39,429 nucleotides of DNA, taken from assembly GCA_965218695.1 (NCBI GenBank), contig CBDCLR010000008.1, positions 1-39,429 of the forward strand, read 5' to 3'. The translations under genes and the position numbers were made by a program. The notes beneath the pieces were generated by a model, which searched no databases, was not told the DNA's origin, and saw only the letters and a program-made list of their open reading frames with translations. This DNA comes from Nitrosopumilus sp. GTDB taxonomy: Archaea; Thermoproteota; Nitrososphaeria; Nitrososphaerales; Nitrosopumilaceae. Shown here one piece after another: positions 37,927 through 39,429 of the stretch (within the stretch, counting starts at the first letter, position 1; each line of letters begins with the position of its first letter).

Positions 37927-39003
37927 CTACGCGCAGGATGATGCAGCTTGCTGTATCAACGTAAGCCACTTGTCCGGTCCGTCTATTGTGATCCCGGCCG
38001 TCTCGGCTGGGGTCCTGCCGCCAAGGCCGCTGTGGGGGCGCACCAGGTTGTGATAGACGATCAGCAGGCGGAGGAGGGCCGGGGTTTTGGACTTGAACCC
38101 GCGCACGCGGGCTATCCTGTCCTTGATCTCCCCGTTGAGGCGCTCGTACAGGTTGTTTGCGGCGTGCCTGTCCCGTATGCCGACATCCGCGATGTGGCAT
38201 GTTCTGGGCGTCGTATTCGTGTACATCACGTGCCTGTACCCCGCCTTGAACCCGTTGAGACCGTCGGTTATCAGAATGTCCGGATGCTTTCCGGCCGCTG
38301 CCACCGCATCCGCAAACAGGCTCGTGGCGTCGTAGCTGATCTTGTCCGTTGCAGTGTCGTACGCGATTATCTGCCTTGTCTCGGCATCCATTACCCCGAA
38401 CAGCCACATGGAAGTCCCCTGTGACTTGAAGTGTATCTCGTCGACATGCCAGGTATATCCCACCGGTACGTGGAGGCCCTTGTAGAACCCATCGATCAGC
38501 CCGCCGTAGTCCCCTGCCCACCGGTACACGGTGGACTCGTTCACCCTTATTCCCTTCTTTATCATCCCCTCCGCAACCTTGGCCGGAGAGAGGCCCGCGG
38601 CGCAGCCCTGAAGGGCGTCGGTGATTACATCCGGCGAAAAGTGCCTGCCCACAAAGCCCGGACTGTGCGTGAATCTTCTGCTGCAGCCGTCGCACCGGTA
38701 CCGCCATGCCTCGCCGCCCCTGTTCCTCCGAATCTCGACTTTGCGGCAGTCCGCAGAGCCGCAGAACCTGCACTTCACTTCGGGCTTCCCGATCCGCATC
38801 CCCCTGGGCCTCCCATCCCTCATCCCTCGCTCCTTCATGACCGGACCGGCCACGGCCCGAATGTGCTTGCACCGCCGGTTTCCGTACAGGTTATACGGGC
38901 ACGGGCACCACCACCCGTCCCTCCCGAAGGCCACGTCATAGTACGCATCGGCCACCGACTGGGACGATACCAGATACCTCATGGAACCGATATCGAGGAT
39001 CAC
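37927..39003 (-). CDS. IS6-family transposase with SWIM-like and Zn-ribbon N-terminus
   Basis: WCPCP...CKH, CRFC/CDGC, NESTVYRW, WHVDEIH, ITDGL, NNLYERLNG; frame stays open upstream to ~39120, so the start is uncertain. Confidence 0.9.
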   Translation of the reverse strand: MILDIGSMRYLVSSQSVADAYYDVAFGRDGWWCPCPYNLYGNRRCKHIRAVAGPVMKERGMRDGRPRGMRIGKPEVKCRFCGSADCRKVEIRRNRGGEAWRYRCDGCSRRFTHSPGFVGRHFSPDVITDALQGCAAGLSPAKVAEGMIKKGIRVNESTVYRWAGDYGGLIDGFYKGLHVPVGYTWHVDEIHFKSQGTSMWLFGVMDAETRQIIAYDTATDKISYDATSLFADAVAAAGKHPDILITDGLNGFKAGYRHVMYTNTTPRTCHIADVGIRDRHAANNLYERLNGEIKDRIARVRGFKSKTPALLRLLIVYHNLVRPHSGLGGRTPAETAGITIDGPDKWLTLIQQAASSCA

Positions 39004-39155
39004 GCCGTTCCGGACGATGTCCCCGCTTCGCGCCTCTAGCGCCTGTTCCGTCGATCCCCTCCCCCGCCTTTTCTTCTCTGCCGTAGCATACTGACCAATT
39101 GGACATATTTGGATCTTTCGAACTCTTAAAAGAAGAATCGATCCAACCCATATGG

Positions 39156-39332
39156 ATGACCAGCTGGCCCAAAGACGCCAAGGAATTCACCGTGTCGATA
39201 ACGCACAACCGGCAGCGGGGGACCAGCTACAGCTACATCCCAAAGCCCATACTGCGGATGCTGGGAAACCCGGACGGCCTCAAGTTTACCGTACGCGATG
39301 GATACATCGAGGTGGGCAGGCCCGACGAGTGA
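39156..39332 (+). CDS. 58-aa AbrB/SpoVT-like accessory protein of IS6 copy 3
   Basis: MTSWPKDAKEFTVSITHNRQRGTSYSYIPKPILRMLGNPDGLKFTVRDGYIEVGRPDE*. Confidence 0.8.
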   Translation: MTSWPKDAKEFTVSITHNRQRGTSYSYIPKPILRMLGNPDGLKFTVRDGYIEVGRPDE

Positions 39333-39429
39333 CTCGGGACTGCGCCCGAATTTGCAAGGGAACCACTACCTCTCAACGTTTAAGAGCAACGTAGCCGTTG
39401 ATGCATTCAATGACCAGTTTCACGCGGGA

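Larger units (their letters stand above)
37726..39364 (-). mobile_element. IS6-family element, copy 3 (divergent relative)
   Basis: TIR GGTTCTCTCGCAAATTCGGGCGC and reverse-complement GGTTCCCTTGCAAATTCGGGCGC (21/23). Confidence 0.9.

Noticed and set aside
37760-38872. 370-aa alternative-frame ORF, and similar long overlapping or antisense ORFs over other transposases and the helicase
   Set aside because: Shadow ORFs of GC-rich genes with R/G/P-biased composition and no motifs.

Overview
A 39-kb accessory region that reads as an IS-saturated defence island of an archaeon. The host call is an inference: probably Nitrososphaerota/Nitrosopumilaceae-like, from TATA boxes about 25-30 nt before start codons, a PaREP1 gene and the integrase type. 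Mobile content: two tyrosine integrases (one decayed); IS66, IS6, IS5-like, IS630 and IS481 elements, many nested or truncated; and two MITE types. Defence-type cargo: a type IIG-like adenine methyltransferase coupled to a PLD-SNF2 helicase, McrBC, a TM0106 RecB-like nuclease, an NYN-LOTUS RNase, a HEPN-TPR fusion, a PaREP1(HEPN-like)+PepSY-like pair and an unrecognised low-GC two-gene operon. Most notable structures read directly from the DNA: (i) three IS6-family elements each carrying a divergent, intact 58-aa AbrB-like gene; (ii) a cryptic IS66/MITE composite unit (1857-4670) bounded by an 8-bp duplication; (iii) a HEPN-TPR gene bracketed by inverted MITEs. No rRNA, tRNA or CRISPR array was recognised. 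All family calls come from motif recognition by eye, with no database search.
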